A stretch of 64,000 nucleotides of DNA from contig CAZFTJ010000001.1 in the NCBI GenBank assembly GCA_964521865.1, forward strand, positions 256,715-320,714, read 5' to 3'. The translations under genes and the position numbers were made by a program. Positions 41,456 through 51,600 of the stretch are shown here, piece after piece. Source of the stretch: an uncultured Spirochaetota bacterium (GTDB taxonomy: Bacteria > Spirochaetota > B62-G9 > DRHN01). Each line of letters starts with the position of its first letter. Position 1 is the first letter of the stretch. The notes under the pieces are model-generated. The model saw nothing but the letters and a program-made list of their open reading frames with translations. It did not search any database and was not told where the DNA came from.

Positions 41456-41464
41456 GGGAGGAGG

Positions 41465-42448
41465 ATGATGTCCGTAATCACGTTTCGGGAGAGCCTGAGG
41501 CAGGCGATCGACGAGGAGATGGCGCGCGACGAGAACGTCATACTTCTCGGTGAGGAGGTCGCGCAGTACAACGGCGCGTACAAGGTGAGCCAGGGTCTGC
41601 TCGACAAGTACGGCCCGAAGCGGGTCATCGATACTCCCATTTCGGAAGAGGGCTTCACCGGGATCGGCATCGGCGCAGCGATGGCGGGTATGCGTCCCAT
41701 TATCGAGTGGATGACCGTCAACTTCTCCATTCAGGCAATGGACCAGGTGTTCAGCAATGCAGCCAAAATGCGGTATATGTCCGGCGGTCAGTTTACGGTA
41801 CCCGTGGTATTCAGGGGTCCAAACGGCCCGGCGGAGTACCTCGCGGCCCAGCACTCCCAGGCGCTGCAGTCGATGTACGCACACATGCCGGGGCTGAAAG
41901 TTGTTGCGCCGTCAACCCCCTCCGACGCGAAGGGACTTTTAAAGACCGCCATCCGCGACGACAATCCGGTGGTGTTTCTCGAAGCGGAGATGATGTACGC
42001 CTTGAAGGGTGAAGTCCCGGATGAAGAGCACCTCGTACCCTTCGGAGAAGCCGTAAAGAGGAGGGAGGGCGGCGACGTGACGATCGTCGGTTTTTCCAAG
42101 CCCATGCACCTTATCCAAGGGGCTGCCGTGCAGCTTGAAAAAGAGGGAATTTCCGCCGAGGTCATAGACCTTCGTACCGTAAGGCCGCTTGACGAAGAAA
42201 CAGTGTATGCGTCTGTTCGAAAAACGAACCGGTGCGTCGTCGTGGACGAGGCGTGGCCCTTTGCGAGCGTGGGCTCGCATCTGTGCTGGCTCGTTTCCAA
42301 GAACTGCTTCGATATGCTCGACGCCCCGGTGGGGCTCGTTTCAGCAGAGCATGTTCCCATGCCCTACAACCACCGGCTGGAGCTCGCTGCCCAGCCGTCG
42401 GTGGAAAAGGTGGTGAATGCGGTTAAAAAGGCGTTGTACAGGGATTGA
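41465..42448 (+). CDS. pdhB: 2-oxoacid dehydrogenase E1 component beta subunit
   Basis: Transketolase-like Pyr and C-terminal domains (EEVAQYNGAYKVSQGLLDKYGPKRVIDTPISEEGF…). Confidence 0.85.
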   Translation: MMSVITFRESLRQAIDEEMARDENVILLGEEVAQYNGAYKVSQGLLDKYGPKRVIDTPISEEGFTGIGIGAAMAGMRPIIEWMTVNFSIQAMDQVFSNAAKMRYMSGGQFTVPVVFRGPNGPAEYLAAQHSQALQSMYAHMPGLKVVAPSTPSDAKGLLKTAIRDDNPVVFLEAEMMYALKGEVPDEEHLVPFGEAVKRREGGDVTIVGFSKPMHLIQGAAVQLEKEGISAEVIDLRTVRPLDEETVYASVRKTNRCVVVDEAWPFASVGSHLCWLVSKNCFDMLDAPVGLVSAEHVPMPYNHRLELAAQPSVEKVVNAVKKALYRD

Positions 42449-42500
42449 TGCCGCCGCCAAGCGGCATTGTCCGGATGTAAAAGCATCCTGGTAATTTCTT

Positions 42501-43916
42501 TTGCAGCATACGGAGTTTGTCATGGCTGAAAAACTGATCATGCTCGCACTGTCCCCGACGATGGAGACGGGTACAATCGTCAAATGGAACAAGCAGGAGG
42601 GGGACATCGTAGAGAGCGGCGACGTGCTCTGTGAGGTCGAGACGGACAAGGCGACCATGGAGTATGAATCCGTGAACGACGGAACCCTGCTGAAGATCGT
42701 CGTTCCCGAGGGCGGGCAGGCCGGGATCGGGCAGGCAATCGCAATTGTCGGAGAGAAGGGAGAGGATATTACAGAGCTGCTTGATGAGATTGCCCGGGAG
42801 GTTTCGAAGCAGGGAGCGGCGGTGCAGCCGCCTCCCCTTTCCGAAGAAGCGGCGCGTGGTGTGACGGAGGAGGAGACTGCAGGCGGCATTCGAGAGGAAA
42901 AAACCGGCCATGTCCGGGAAGCCGGGAGAGGCATCGGTAAAGCTCCTGCCGGATCGCCCGCGGCGGTGCGCGAAGCGGCGGTTTCAAACAGGACGCCCGG
43001 GGAGGGGCTTCCCATGGTTAAGACTTCTCCCCTTGCGAGAAGGCTTGCGGATCAGTACGGCATCGAGCTTGCCGGAGTTCGGGGGAGCGGCCCCGGAGGC
43101 CGTGTTATAAAGCGCGATATCGAGGCCGCACGCGATGCTTCGGGTGCTTTTGCATCGGCGGGCGTTCGGGGTGCGGCTTCCGGGCCGCGGGCGTCGGAAG
43201 GTGCGGCTTTCGCGCCGACGGGTCCCGCTCCCGTAGCGGAAGAAATTCCCGTCTCGGGCAAACGAAAGGTAATCGCCCAACGGCTCTCGCAGTCGAAGTT
43301 CAGCGCGCCGCACTACTACCTCAAAGCGGTGATCGAAGTTGACGGCCTTATGGCTGCGCGCGGTGAGCTCAACAAAAAAAGGCAAAACGATAAGCTGACC
43401 TTCAACGCTTTTCTCGTGAAATTCGCCGCACAGGCGCTGAAGCGGCACCCGGTTGTGAACTCGAGCTGGCAGGGCGATAAAATCGTACGCTTCGGGAGGG
43501 CGGACATCGGCATTGCGGTCGCGCAGCCGGACGGATTGATCGCGCCGGTGCTTCGCGACTGCTGGAACAGGGGCATTGCCGAGCTCGATGCCGAGCTCAA
43601 ACTGCTCATAGAAAAGGCGAGAGGCAACAGACTGAAGCCCGACGAGTACTCCGGCGCCACATTTACGATAAGCAGCCTCGGGACGTACGGGATTCACGAG
43701 TTTACTGCGGTCATCAATCCTCCCGGCTCCGCCATACTCGCGGTCGGACAGGCGCGCAGGGAGCCTGTAGCCGGCGAAGACGACGAGATACGGATCCGGA
43801 CGAACATGACGGTTACGCTCTCATGCGATCACCGGGTGATTGACGGAGCCGAGGGCGCCCTCTTTTTGACCGATCTGAAAGAGATGATCGAAAACCCCGT
43901 GTTCGCACTCTACTGA
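42501..43916 (+). CDS. pdhC: Dihydrolipoamide acyltransferase E2 component
   Basis: Lipoyl domain CEVETDKATMEYES, an Ala/Pro-rich linker, the E3-binding domain, and the catalytic SCDHRVIDGA. Confidence 0.9.
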   Translation: MQHTEFVMAEKLIMLALSPTMETGTIVKWNKQEGDIVESGDVLCEVETDKATMEYESVNDGTLLKIVVPEGGQAGIGQAIAIVGEKGEDITELLDEIAREVSKQGAAVQPPPLSEEAARGVTEEETAGGIREEKTGHVREAGRGIGKAPAGSPAAVREAAVSNRTPGEGLPMVKTSPLARRLADQYGIELAGVRGSGPGGRVIKRDIEAARDASGAFASAGVRGAASGPRASEGAAFAPTGPAPVAEEIPVSGKRKVIAQRLSQSKFSAPHYYLKAVIEVDGLMAARGELNKKRQNDKLTFNAFLVKFAAQALKRHPVVNSSWQGDKIVRFGRADIGIAVAQPDGLIAPVLRDCWNRGIAELDAELKLLIEKARGNRLKPDEYSGATFTISSLGTYGIHEFTAVINPPGSAILAVGQARREPVAGEDDEIRIRTNMTVTLSCDHRVIDGAEGALFLTDLKEMIENPVFALY

Positions 43917-44072
43917 GACGCACGCAATCGGATAATAATACAAATAGATACGTTATTTAGATCCGACGTGTAAAAGTTTGATGTATGGTGCATTTAACTG
44001 TAAATTATATGAGCTTTTATACATCTTTCAAATTCGGTTTTGGATTCCCAACAGGGACAAAGGAGAAGTGCA

Positions 44073-45464
44073 ATGTCTTCAAACCATGATTACGACCTCG
44101 TGGTTATCGGGGCGGGACCGGGCGGGTATGTTGCGGCGATTCGGGCATCGCAGCTGGGTATGAAATCAGCCGTCATCGAAAAGGATCGTCCGGGCGGGGT
44201 ATGCCTTAACATCGGATGCATCCCGTCCAAGGCGATCATACATCAGGCCGAGCTGTTCCGCTCGATCAAAGACCTCGAAGCGCTGGGCGTGAAAGCGGAT
44301 ACCGGCGGGTTCGCCTATCAAAAGGTGTTCAAAAAGTCGAGAAAAGCTGCGGATATGCTGTCCAAAGGCGTCGATTTTTTATTGAAGAAAAACAACGTCC
44401 GTCTCATAGGCGGTACGGCGGTATTGAAGAGCCCGCATGAAGTGCTCGTTGACGAAGAGGAGACGGTTTCAGGCACAAGTATCATCGTCGCCACCGGTTC
44501 GAGACCGCGCGGGATACCCGGATTTCCGTTCGATGAGAAAACGGTGCTCTCTTCAAACGATGCCCTCATGCTCGAAAAGCTGCCCAAAAGCATAATTATT
44601 CTGGGCGGCGGATTCATAGGCGTCGAATTCGCCCACATCATGAACAGCTTCGGCGTCGACGTGCACATCGTCGAGCTTCTGAACAGGCTCCTTCCCATAG
44701 AAGACGAGGAAAGCGCCGGGCTGCTGGCCCGGGCGTTCACAAAGCGCGGCATAAAGATATCCACATCCGCAAAAGCGGCGGGTCTTCAAACGAATAAAAA
44801 CGGCGTTGTGGTGACCGTCGAGCAGAACGGCCAAAAGAAGCAGCTCGAGGCGGAAAAACTCCTGGTGGTAGTCGGGCGCCGGGCCAATATCGATAATATA
44901 GGGCTCGAAGAGCTGGGCATCAGAACCGAGCAGGGTTTCATCGTTACGGGCGACTACTACCGAACCGATGTCCCCTCGGTGTACGCGATCGGCGATGTGG
45001 TGCAAACGCCTCAGCTTGCACACGTTGCATCCAAAGAGGGTGAAATCGCGGTCGAACACATTGCGGGTGGGAGCCCCGCTCCGCGCGTCGATGCTCACGA
45101 GGTTCCGTCCGCAGTATACTGCGAGCCGCAGGTTGCAAGTATCGGGTACAAGGAGTATGAGGCCGAAAAAGAAGGCATTTCCTATAAAAAAGCGGTATTT
45201 CCGTACCGGGGCGCGGGCAAGTCCGTTGCCGTGGAGCGGTCGGAGGGTTTCGTGAAGGTGCTGTACGACCCGGAAACCTCCGAGATACTCGGCGCGCATA
45301 TTGCGGGATTGGACGCAACCGAGCTTATTCATGAGATCCTCCTCGCGAAAACCTCCGAGCTCCTGCCTGCGAACATTGCCGGGATGATTCACGCTCACCC
45401 CACGCTGTCCGAGGCGGTCATGGAGGCGATGCGCGCGGCCGAAGGGTGGGCCGTTCACGTGTAA
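44073..45464 (+). CDS. lpdA: Dihydrolipoyl dehydrogenase E3
   Basis: FAD motif YDLVVIGAGPGGY and the redox disulfide GGVCLNIGCIPSK. The start is re-assigned to the ATG at 44073 after an AAAGGAGA RBS. Confidence 0.9.
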   Translation: MSSNHDYDLVVIGAGPGGYVAAIRASQLGMKSAVIEKDRPGGVCLNIGCIPSKAIIHQAELFRSIKDLEALGVKADTGGFAYQKVFKKSRKAADMLSKGVDFLLKKNNVRLIGGTAVLKSPHEVLVDEEETVSGTSIIVATGSRPRGIPGFPFDEKTVLSSNDALMLEKLPKSIIILGGGFIGVEFAHIMNSFGVDVHIVELLNRLLPIEDEESAGLLARAFTKRGIKISTSAKAAGLQTNKNGVVVTVEQNGQKKQLEAEKLLVVVGRRANIDNIGLEELGIRTEQGFIVTGDYYRTDVPSVYAIGDVVQTPQLAHVASKEGEIAVEHIAGGSPAPRVDAHEVPSAVYCEPQVASIGYKEYEAEKEGISYKKAVFPYRGAGKSVAVERSEGFVKVLYDPETSEILGAHIAGLDATELIHEILLAKTSELLPANIAGMIHAHPTLSEAVMEAMRAAEGWAVHV

Positions 45465-45478
45465 TCAATTCTCATTTT

Positions 45479-45514
45479 AAGGCTCCTTTTAACGATACAT
45501 CGTAAAAGGAGCCT
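45479..45514 (+). terminator. Perfect 12-bp inverted repeat hairpin after lpd (aggctcctttta…taaaaggagcct)
   Basis: Seen directly in the sequence, but no clear downstream T-tract. It is probably an operon-end terminator and marks the core/island boundary. Confidence 0.4.
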
Positions 45515-45615
45515 ATTCCCATTGTACAGAAATCTATTAAAAATCTCCTGCATCAGGATCAGGTCCGCTCAATTCTACGCTGCCAATATCTTAACCTCCC
45601 TATAAATCAATTAAT

Positions 45616-45644
45616 TTGACTTTTATAAATTTTCGGATTATAAA
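45616..45644 (+). promoter_or_regulatory. Sigma70-like promoter TTGACT-N17-TATAAA upstream of the SNF2 helicase gene
   Basis: ttgact (45616-45621), a 17-nt spacer, then tataaa (45639-45644). It is followed by an AAAGAGG RBS and the ATG at 45689. Confidence 0.45.
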
Positions 45645-45688
45645 AAATGCACAAACATGCGGGGAAAAAGTTAAAAAAAGAGGCCGCA

Positions 45689-48373
45689 ATGAAAGAAAAA
45701 ACGGAAGAAAAAACGATAACTTCTTTAAAAGACATACTATCGTATCTTACCTACAGACAGGCCTGCAAGCTGCTTGGCCCTGAAGGGGAGAGGCTTATAC
45801 GGAAAGGCGGGAAATGGGATATCGATCTTTACGAACAGGTAACACTGGATAATGAAAAGTTTATCCTCGATCTAAATGAGGCGGTCGTTACTATTGAATT
45901 GAACCCTATGAATACAAAGAAGCTTCGCTTCTTATGCAGCGCCTGCTCTTCTATTTGCGAACATATCGGAGCTGCGTTTTCGCTTATTCTTGAGGAAAAA
46001 CTGTCATTAGGCCTTTCAGCTCCACCGCCTGAACTGACGCCCATGGAAAACTTGAGTGAAGAACAATTAATCAATCGGGCGCTAAATGATAGAAAAGAAA
46101 AAGCGAAAAAAGAAAAAATGTCCCTCGCATCGATGAACGAGGCCCAGTTATGGACAGATTACACTGTCACAAGTTATTCATCCGGAAAAACCTACAGGGT
46201 GGCCCTCAGAGGATGGGAACCGGGAGAATCCTACTGCACCTGTCCGGACTTTAAAATAAACACCCTCGGCACCTGCAAACATATAATATATACACAGGAA
46301 TGTGTCGAAAGGCAGTTTCCAGAAAAAATAAGAGAAAAGCCATACAAACAGAATAACATTGCCTTACACCTGCGGTATGGAAAGAATGTGGAATTACGTC
46401 TAATTGTGCCCGAGGGGTTAGACGCGGAGGCGGAGGAGATTGTGAACCCTTTAAGAAACCGCGTGATCTCTGATATCCCCGATTTACTGACGCGTATCAG
46501 TAAATTAGAACAGTCAGGACATGAGGTGATAATCTATCCTGATACGGAGGAATATATAAATAATCTTCTTTTTCATCGAAAGATTCAAAAGAAGGTTGAT
46601 GAAATAAGAAGCAATGCGAGGCATCACCCTCTGCGGAAAAACCTGCTTAAAATAGAGCTTCTTCCCTATCAACTGGACGGCATAGCTTTTGCCGTAGGCG
46701 CAGGAAGAGCTATTATTGCAGACGACATGGGTCTGGGAAAAACCATACAGGGTATAGGAATTGCTGAACTGTTCAATATTGAGGTTGATATTTCCAAAGT
46801 ATTGGTTATATGTCCGGCATCTGTAAAATCTCAATGGCGTCTTGAGATAAAACGCTGTTCTAACAGAAGCTGTCAGTTGATAATAGGCGCGGCAGAAGAA
46901 AGAATCCGTCAATACGATAACAAATGTTTTTTTACGATCTGTAATTATGAGCAGGTGCTTCGTGATATTAAAACAATAGAGACAATTTCATGGGACCTTA
47001 TCATTCTGGACGAGGGGCAGAGAATAAAAAACTGGGAAGCAAAAACCACACAGGTTGTGAAATCCTTGAGATCGCCATTTGCCCTGGTGCTTACAGGCAC
47101 CCCTCTTGAAAACAGGCTGGACGAACTGTATTCGGTAATTCAATTTATCGATAACAGCAGGCTGGGACCGTCCTTTCGTTTTTTTAACAGGCACAGAATT
47201 ACTAATGAACAAGGAAGGGTGTTGGGTTATCAAAATCTCGATGAGCTTCGGGAAAAACTTAAACCCATCCTCCTTCGGAGAACCCGCAGTATGGTACTGA
47301 AGGATCTGCCTCCAAGAACAACCGAAATCTTACGAATACCGCCCACAGAGGAGCAGGCGGATATTCATAACAGCAATAAGAAAATAATTTCCACCATTGT
47401 TTCAAAAAAATACCTTACTGAAATGGACATTTTGAGGCTTCAAAAAGCACTTTTACTCTGCAGAATGGCTGCAGACAGCACCTATCTGGTAGATAAAACT
47501 CCACCCGGGTATTCCAGCAAGCTGAAGGAACTGGAACTGCTTCTTGAACAGCTCAATTTTGAAGAAGACAGGAAAATAATCCTATTTTCAGAATGGACAA
47601 CCATGCTGAATCTGATAGAACCGCTCATTGAAAGGCAAAGTATAAACTACATCCGCCTGGATGGGTCTGTTCCGCAGAAGAAAAGACAGGGTTTGATGCA
47701 TCAGTTTCAGCATGACCCTGGTTGCAGGGTGTTTATTACTACCAATGCCGGTTCAACGGGGCTTAACCTTCAGGCTGCCAACACAGTCATCAATGTTGAC
47801 CTTCCATGGAACCCTGCAGTGCTCGAGCAGAGGATATCACGCGCTCACCGCATGGGGCAGAAAAGGCCTGTACAGGTATATCTTCTGGTAACAGAAGATA
47901 CTCTTGAAGAAAGCCTGCTTGATACCCTCTCTGCAAAGCATAAATTGGCCATGGCCTCTCTTGATGCAGCCTCAGAGGTTAACGAGGTATCCTTTACCGG
48001 CAGTATCGAAGAATTAAAACGCCGCATGGAGGTGCTTTTAGGAACAAAACCTGATGCCGCTATTGATGAAAGCCGGAAAAAAGAGCTGGAAAGGGAGGCT
48101 GCAAAACATGCACGAAGAGAAAACGTTGCAATTGCCGGAGGCCAGCTTATGAGTGCTGCATTTTCTTTTATAGGAGAACTGCTTGGTACCAATAGGGCAG
48201 TGAATCAGGGTACTGAAGATGTTGACAGGTTTAAAAATCTTCTTTATGAGTGTATGGAGAAAAATGAAGACGGCAGTTTAAAGATGACGGTTAACTTCCC
48301 TGATGCCTCCGTACTTGATAATCTGGCAGGCGTTCTGAGCACAATAACTGCGAATGAAAACGGTTCTCAGTAA
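45689..48373 (+). CDS. SNF2-family helicase with N-terminal SWIM zinc finger (defense-island helicase)
   Basis: SWIM CTCPDFKINTLGTCKHI; motif I DDMGLGKTIQ; motif II ILDEGQRIKN; motif III LTGTPLENRL; helicase-C motifs TTNAGSTGLNL and QRISRAHRMGQ. The track ORF begins at 45647, but the RBS-supported ATG is 45689. Confidence 0.85.
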   Translation: MKEKTEEKTITSLKDILSYLTYRQACKLLGPEGERLIRKGGKWDIDLYEQVTLDNEKFILDLNEAVVTIELNPMNTKKLRFLCSACSSICEHIGAAFSLILEEKLSLGLSAPPPELTPMENLSEEQLINRALNDRKEKAKKEKMSLASMNEAQLWTDYTVTSYSSGKTYRVALRGWEPGESYCTCPDFKINTLGTCKHIIYTQECVERQFPEKIREKPYKQNNIALHLRYGKNVELRLIVPEGLDAEAEEIVNPLRNRVISDIPDLLTRISKLEQSGHEVIIYPDTEEYINNLLFHRKIQKKVDEIRSNARHHPLRKNLLKIELLPYQLDGIAFAVGAGRAIIADDMGLGKTIQGIGIAELFNIEVDISKVLVICPASVKSQWRLEIKRCSNRSCQLIIGAAEERIRQYDNKCFFTICNYEQVLRDIKTIETISWDLIILDEGQRIKNWEAKTTQVVKSLRSPFALVLTGTPLENRLDELYSVIQFIDNSRLGPSFRFFNRHRITNEQGRVLGYQNLDELREKLKPILLRRTRSMVLKDLPPRTTEILRIPPTEEQADIHNSNKKIISTIVSKKYLTEMDILRLQKALLLCRMAADSTYLVDKTPPGYSSKLKELELLLEQLNFEEDRKIILFSEWTTMLNLIEPLIERQSINYIRLDGSVPQKKRQGLMHQFQHDPGCRVFITTNAGSTGLNLQAANTVINVDLPWNPAVLEQRISRAHRMGQKRPVQVYLLVTEDTLEESLLDTLSAKHKLAMASLDAASEVNEVSFTGSIEELKRRMEVLLGTKPDAAIDESRKKELEREAAKHARRENVAIAGGQLMSAAFSFIGELLGTNRAVNQGTEDVDRFKNLLYECMEKNEDGSLKMTVNFPDASVLDNLAGVLSTITANENGSQ

Positions 48374-48630
48374 AACCATATGATTTTGCATCAATTTCAC
48401 GTTTAGCAGAGCCAAGGCTCTCGATCGCTTTTTCCCACCAGTAATGAGTTACTTCTGGATGCTTTTCATCTTTATTCATAGCAGTATGCCATGCATGGTA
48501 ATTTCTTCATATATTGACAAAACCGAAAAAACCCCAGTATTCAATGCATCTTCATCTATAGCAAGAGTATTCAAGTTTAATACTCTCGATCGTCTTCATT
48601 TTCAAAATTCCTCTATGCTGAAATTTGTTA

Positions 48631-51600
48631 TCATAGTTTATTCCATTCAGCTCGAAAAATACAGCTCTCATATACACCGCCTTTCCCATGTAAAAGGCCC
48701 TTTGCAAAGAGAGAAAGTCCGTGATCTGTGGTAAGTATTAAACGCCGCTTCAACTGTCTGCAGGCTTCGAGCAGTTGAGGGAGGTCTGTTTTAAGAATAT
48801 GGTTCACAATTCTAACCATCTCAGATAATCGCATTCCCTTTCTATGTGCACCTTGGTCTATTGCTGACAGCCGAATCACTACCGGTATATCAGGCTTAAT
48901 GGGCAGAACATGATCCAGAAGAGCGTGTTCTTCATTTCCTTTCAGATTGTGATACACAACGTTTCTTGCTGAAAACTCTTCCACCGGGTCGTTATGAAAA
49001 CCAAAGAGCCTGGCTATTGAATCTACGGTATCAGGTTTTGCTTCAAGTCTTGCCCATGATTGCGGAACCTCATCTGTAAAATACTCAATGCTTTTGATCG
49101 ATTCCATCCATACATCCGGTGCCGCACCGTCAATAATGACAACCACAGGACAATCATCCAGAATAATAATAGGGACTTCAGATAATTTTGAAAGCCATTC
49201 TTCACCCAGATCAGACACCTCCTGCACTGCCTTTTCAGCAATATACTGTAATTCTCCGGTGGTCCAGGCATCATTCATGAGCTCTTCTGCGAAAACCCTC
49301 ATGCTCAGACGTGCCGGGTACTGCTGATCCATTCTCTCTGCAATTGTCTTTAGTATTCGAAGATGGCGCCTGATGTCATCTGCCGTATCATGATCCGTAT
49401 GAGAGGAGTGAATATCATCTTCACCAGGCAACACGGCTCCTGTCAGGATTCTTTCTGAAAGCAGACTCCAGGCCATCCTTATAGCCCCTGTATGGTATCT
49501 TTCCTGAGTAATAAACCGTAAAAGTGATTCAGTATCAATTAATTGCAACGTCTCTTTCAGCCTGATAGAAGGGAACCTTTTTTCAAGTCTATTTTCGATC
49601 TCTACGATTTCCTCCTTTTGTATGGGTTCCTGTTGAAATTCTCGTGAAAAAAGTCCCGCATGAAGCAGGGACCACCAGTCAAGTGAATCTAAAACAGAAC
49701 CGGGAGCAACCCTTTGCTCAAGATCTTCATCAATAGCCAGCAGTGTCTTTTCGTCAGTTATCGAAGCCCATTCATCGACAATCTTTCGAATCTGCGATTG
49801 TGCAAGCCTTCTTCCTGCCAGTCTGGATATAAGCTCACTTAATTTTTTATGCTGTATATGGACTTTTCCTGTCAGTGCCCGGGACAATTGCAAGGTTGTC
49901 TGTTCATCAAAAACAGCAAGTAAATGCGCCGGCGTTATCGTGTCTTCCTGTACAATTTTGCTGATCTGTTTCAGGCGTTGCGACATATCCGGATCAGCAT
50001 CCTTGACTGCGTACGCATGTGCAGTGATTGACTCCAGCACCTCTGGTTTTTTTATTATATCCACATATTCCATAAAAAACCTGTTAATAGCCTCTTCGGG
50101 CTCTATTTTTTCTCCTGGTTCAGGCACAGCTCCCACATCTCCGGGTTGGTATCCGCAGGTACATACAGGCGAGCGGATTAACTCTTCTGAAATTTTTCTT
50201 CTGCATTGTTCTTTTCCGGGTGCTTTTAAATCCCTTATAAACTGCTCCAGCCCCGGGGGTCTGTCAAGGGCCTCAATAGCGGCAAGACGTTCTAAAGTAC
50301 CCGCAGCCCTTTCGGCAGATTTTGATAATGAAGGCTTTTGAAAGGACCTGTAATACGCAGCATGCTTTTTTGAGTAAAAGGCAAAATAATACTCTCTAAA
50401 ATGTGAAAACACCGAGTTCAAGTGTTCACCCTCATCCCCGATGATAAATATTTCCGGTTTTTCAACAAGGGAAATTACCGTTTTTCTTAGCTCCGCAAGC
50501 TCTCTGTCCTGTTGAGTTGCTTTTTTTACAGCAGAATGGTGGATATAGTGGTGAATGAATACAAACTGTTCGGCGTTGTGCAAAAGAAAAGCCCTGAGTT
50601 TTTTTAAAAACTGAATATCTTCATTTTTCAGTCCTGTCCCTCGCCATGTTTTCAGGAACCGTTCCAGACCCTCTTTCGCTGAATGGGAAATTTTTATCTC
50701 ATTTACCAGATTGGTCAGCGAATTTATTTTTTGATCAATCGCTGAAAGATTAAATACCTTAAATGCTGAAAATTCTGCCACATGTGAAAGCTGTGATTGT
50801 ATTGCTACAAGCATTGTTGATGCTGTTTCTTTAAACTTTATTACGGCTTTCCATGCCTCACGCTGCTGGTGTAATCCAAAAGAATCCCAGGTTGACGAGG
50901 GAGCTAAAAAATCACATTCCGTCTTCAGTGTTTCCCTGTCATTTTGATTTATAAGCTCTCCCAGGGCAACCTCATCCGCTTTTTCTACTGATATAAAGTG
51001 CAGAAAATCAACGGGTACGGTGCGTCCGTTTTTCAGCAGTGTAATCAGTCCGCCGCAGGCCAGTGCAGAGAGAAGAAAGAGAAATGTATCTTCAGGAAGT
51101 CCGTATGCGCCTGTTTGAAGCGCATGTGCAATCTCTTTTATCGAAGCAGGGCCTGCCGGCTTGAGGAGACCGGAAAAGAAAGACAAAAACGGATGTCCTG
51201 TCATGTCGGGTGAAAAAACATACGATCCCCCTTTCAGCCGGACAAGTCCGATAGGTACTGCCAGGCCGTCTATTGCCTCACCCAGCCCCTTTGCCTGAGC
51301 TTCCCGAAGCAGTATACTCCCCGGAGTGACCAATTCATCGAGAAGCCGCTGGTATAAACGGGGTGAGGGATGAATCCTTCTGGGCGCAATTTCTCTGAAT
51401 TTCGGGTACCGATCATCCAGGATGACTTCCCCTGCAGCCTCTAAAAGACGGTCGAAACGCTTGAGCTGGCGCACTGCTGCTCCAACCTGGATCTGCGGGT
51501 CGGTAAAATTCCCTGAATAAAATGCCTCCATAGCAGCCTGGTGAACAGCCGGCCTGATGCGTTCCAATCTCTCTTTTACGGGCTGTATTAGAGGAGCATC

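Noticed and set aside
40307-41884. 525-aa ORF antisense to pdhA/pdhB
   Set aside because: It runs antisense to two strongly supported, motif-bearing E1 genes in high-GC DNA. Long antisense ORFs are expected there, and the encoded protein is Arg/His/Leu-rich with no motifs.
42341-43697. Several 160-240 aa minus-strand ORFs across the E2 gene (42341..43015, 42423..42911, 42984..43697)
   Set aside because: Antisense to the dihydrolipoamide acyltransferase gene (lipoyl and catalytic motifs present on the plus strand). Their composition is Arg/Pro/Ala-rich, typical of GC-rich non-coding frames.
44553-45458. 301-aa minus-strand ORF inside lpd
   Set aside because: Antisense to dihydrolipoyl dehydrogenase, which has the FAD and redox-disulfide motifs. 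Artefact.
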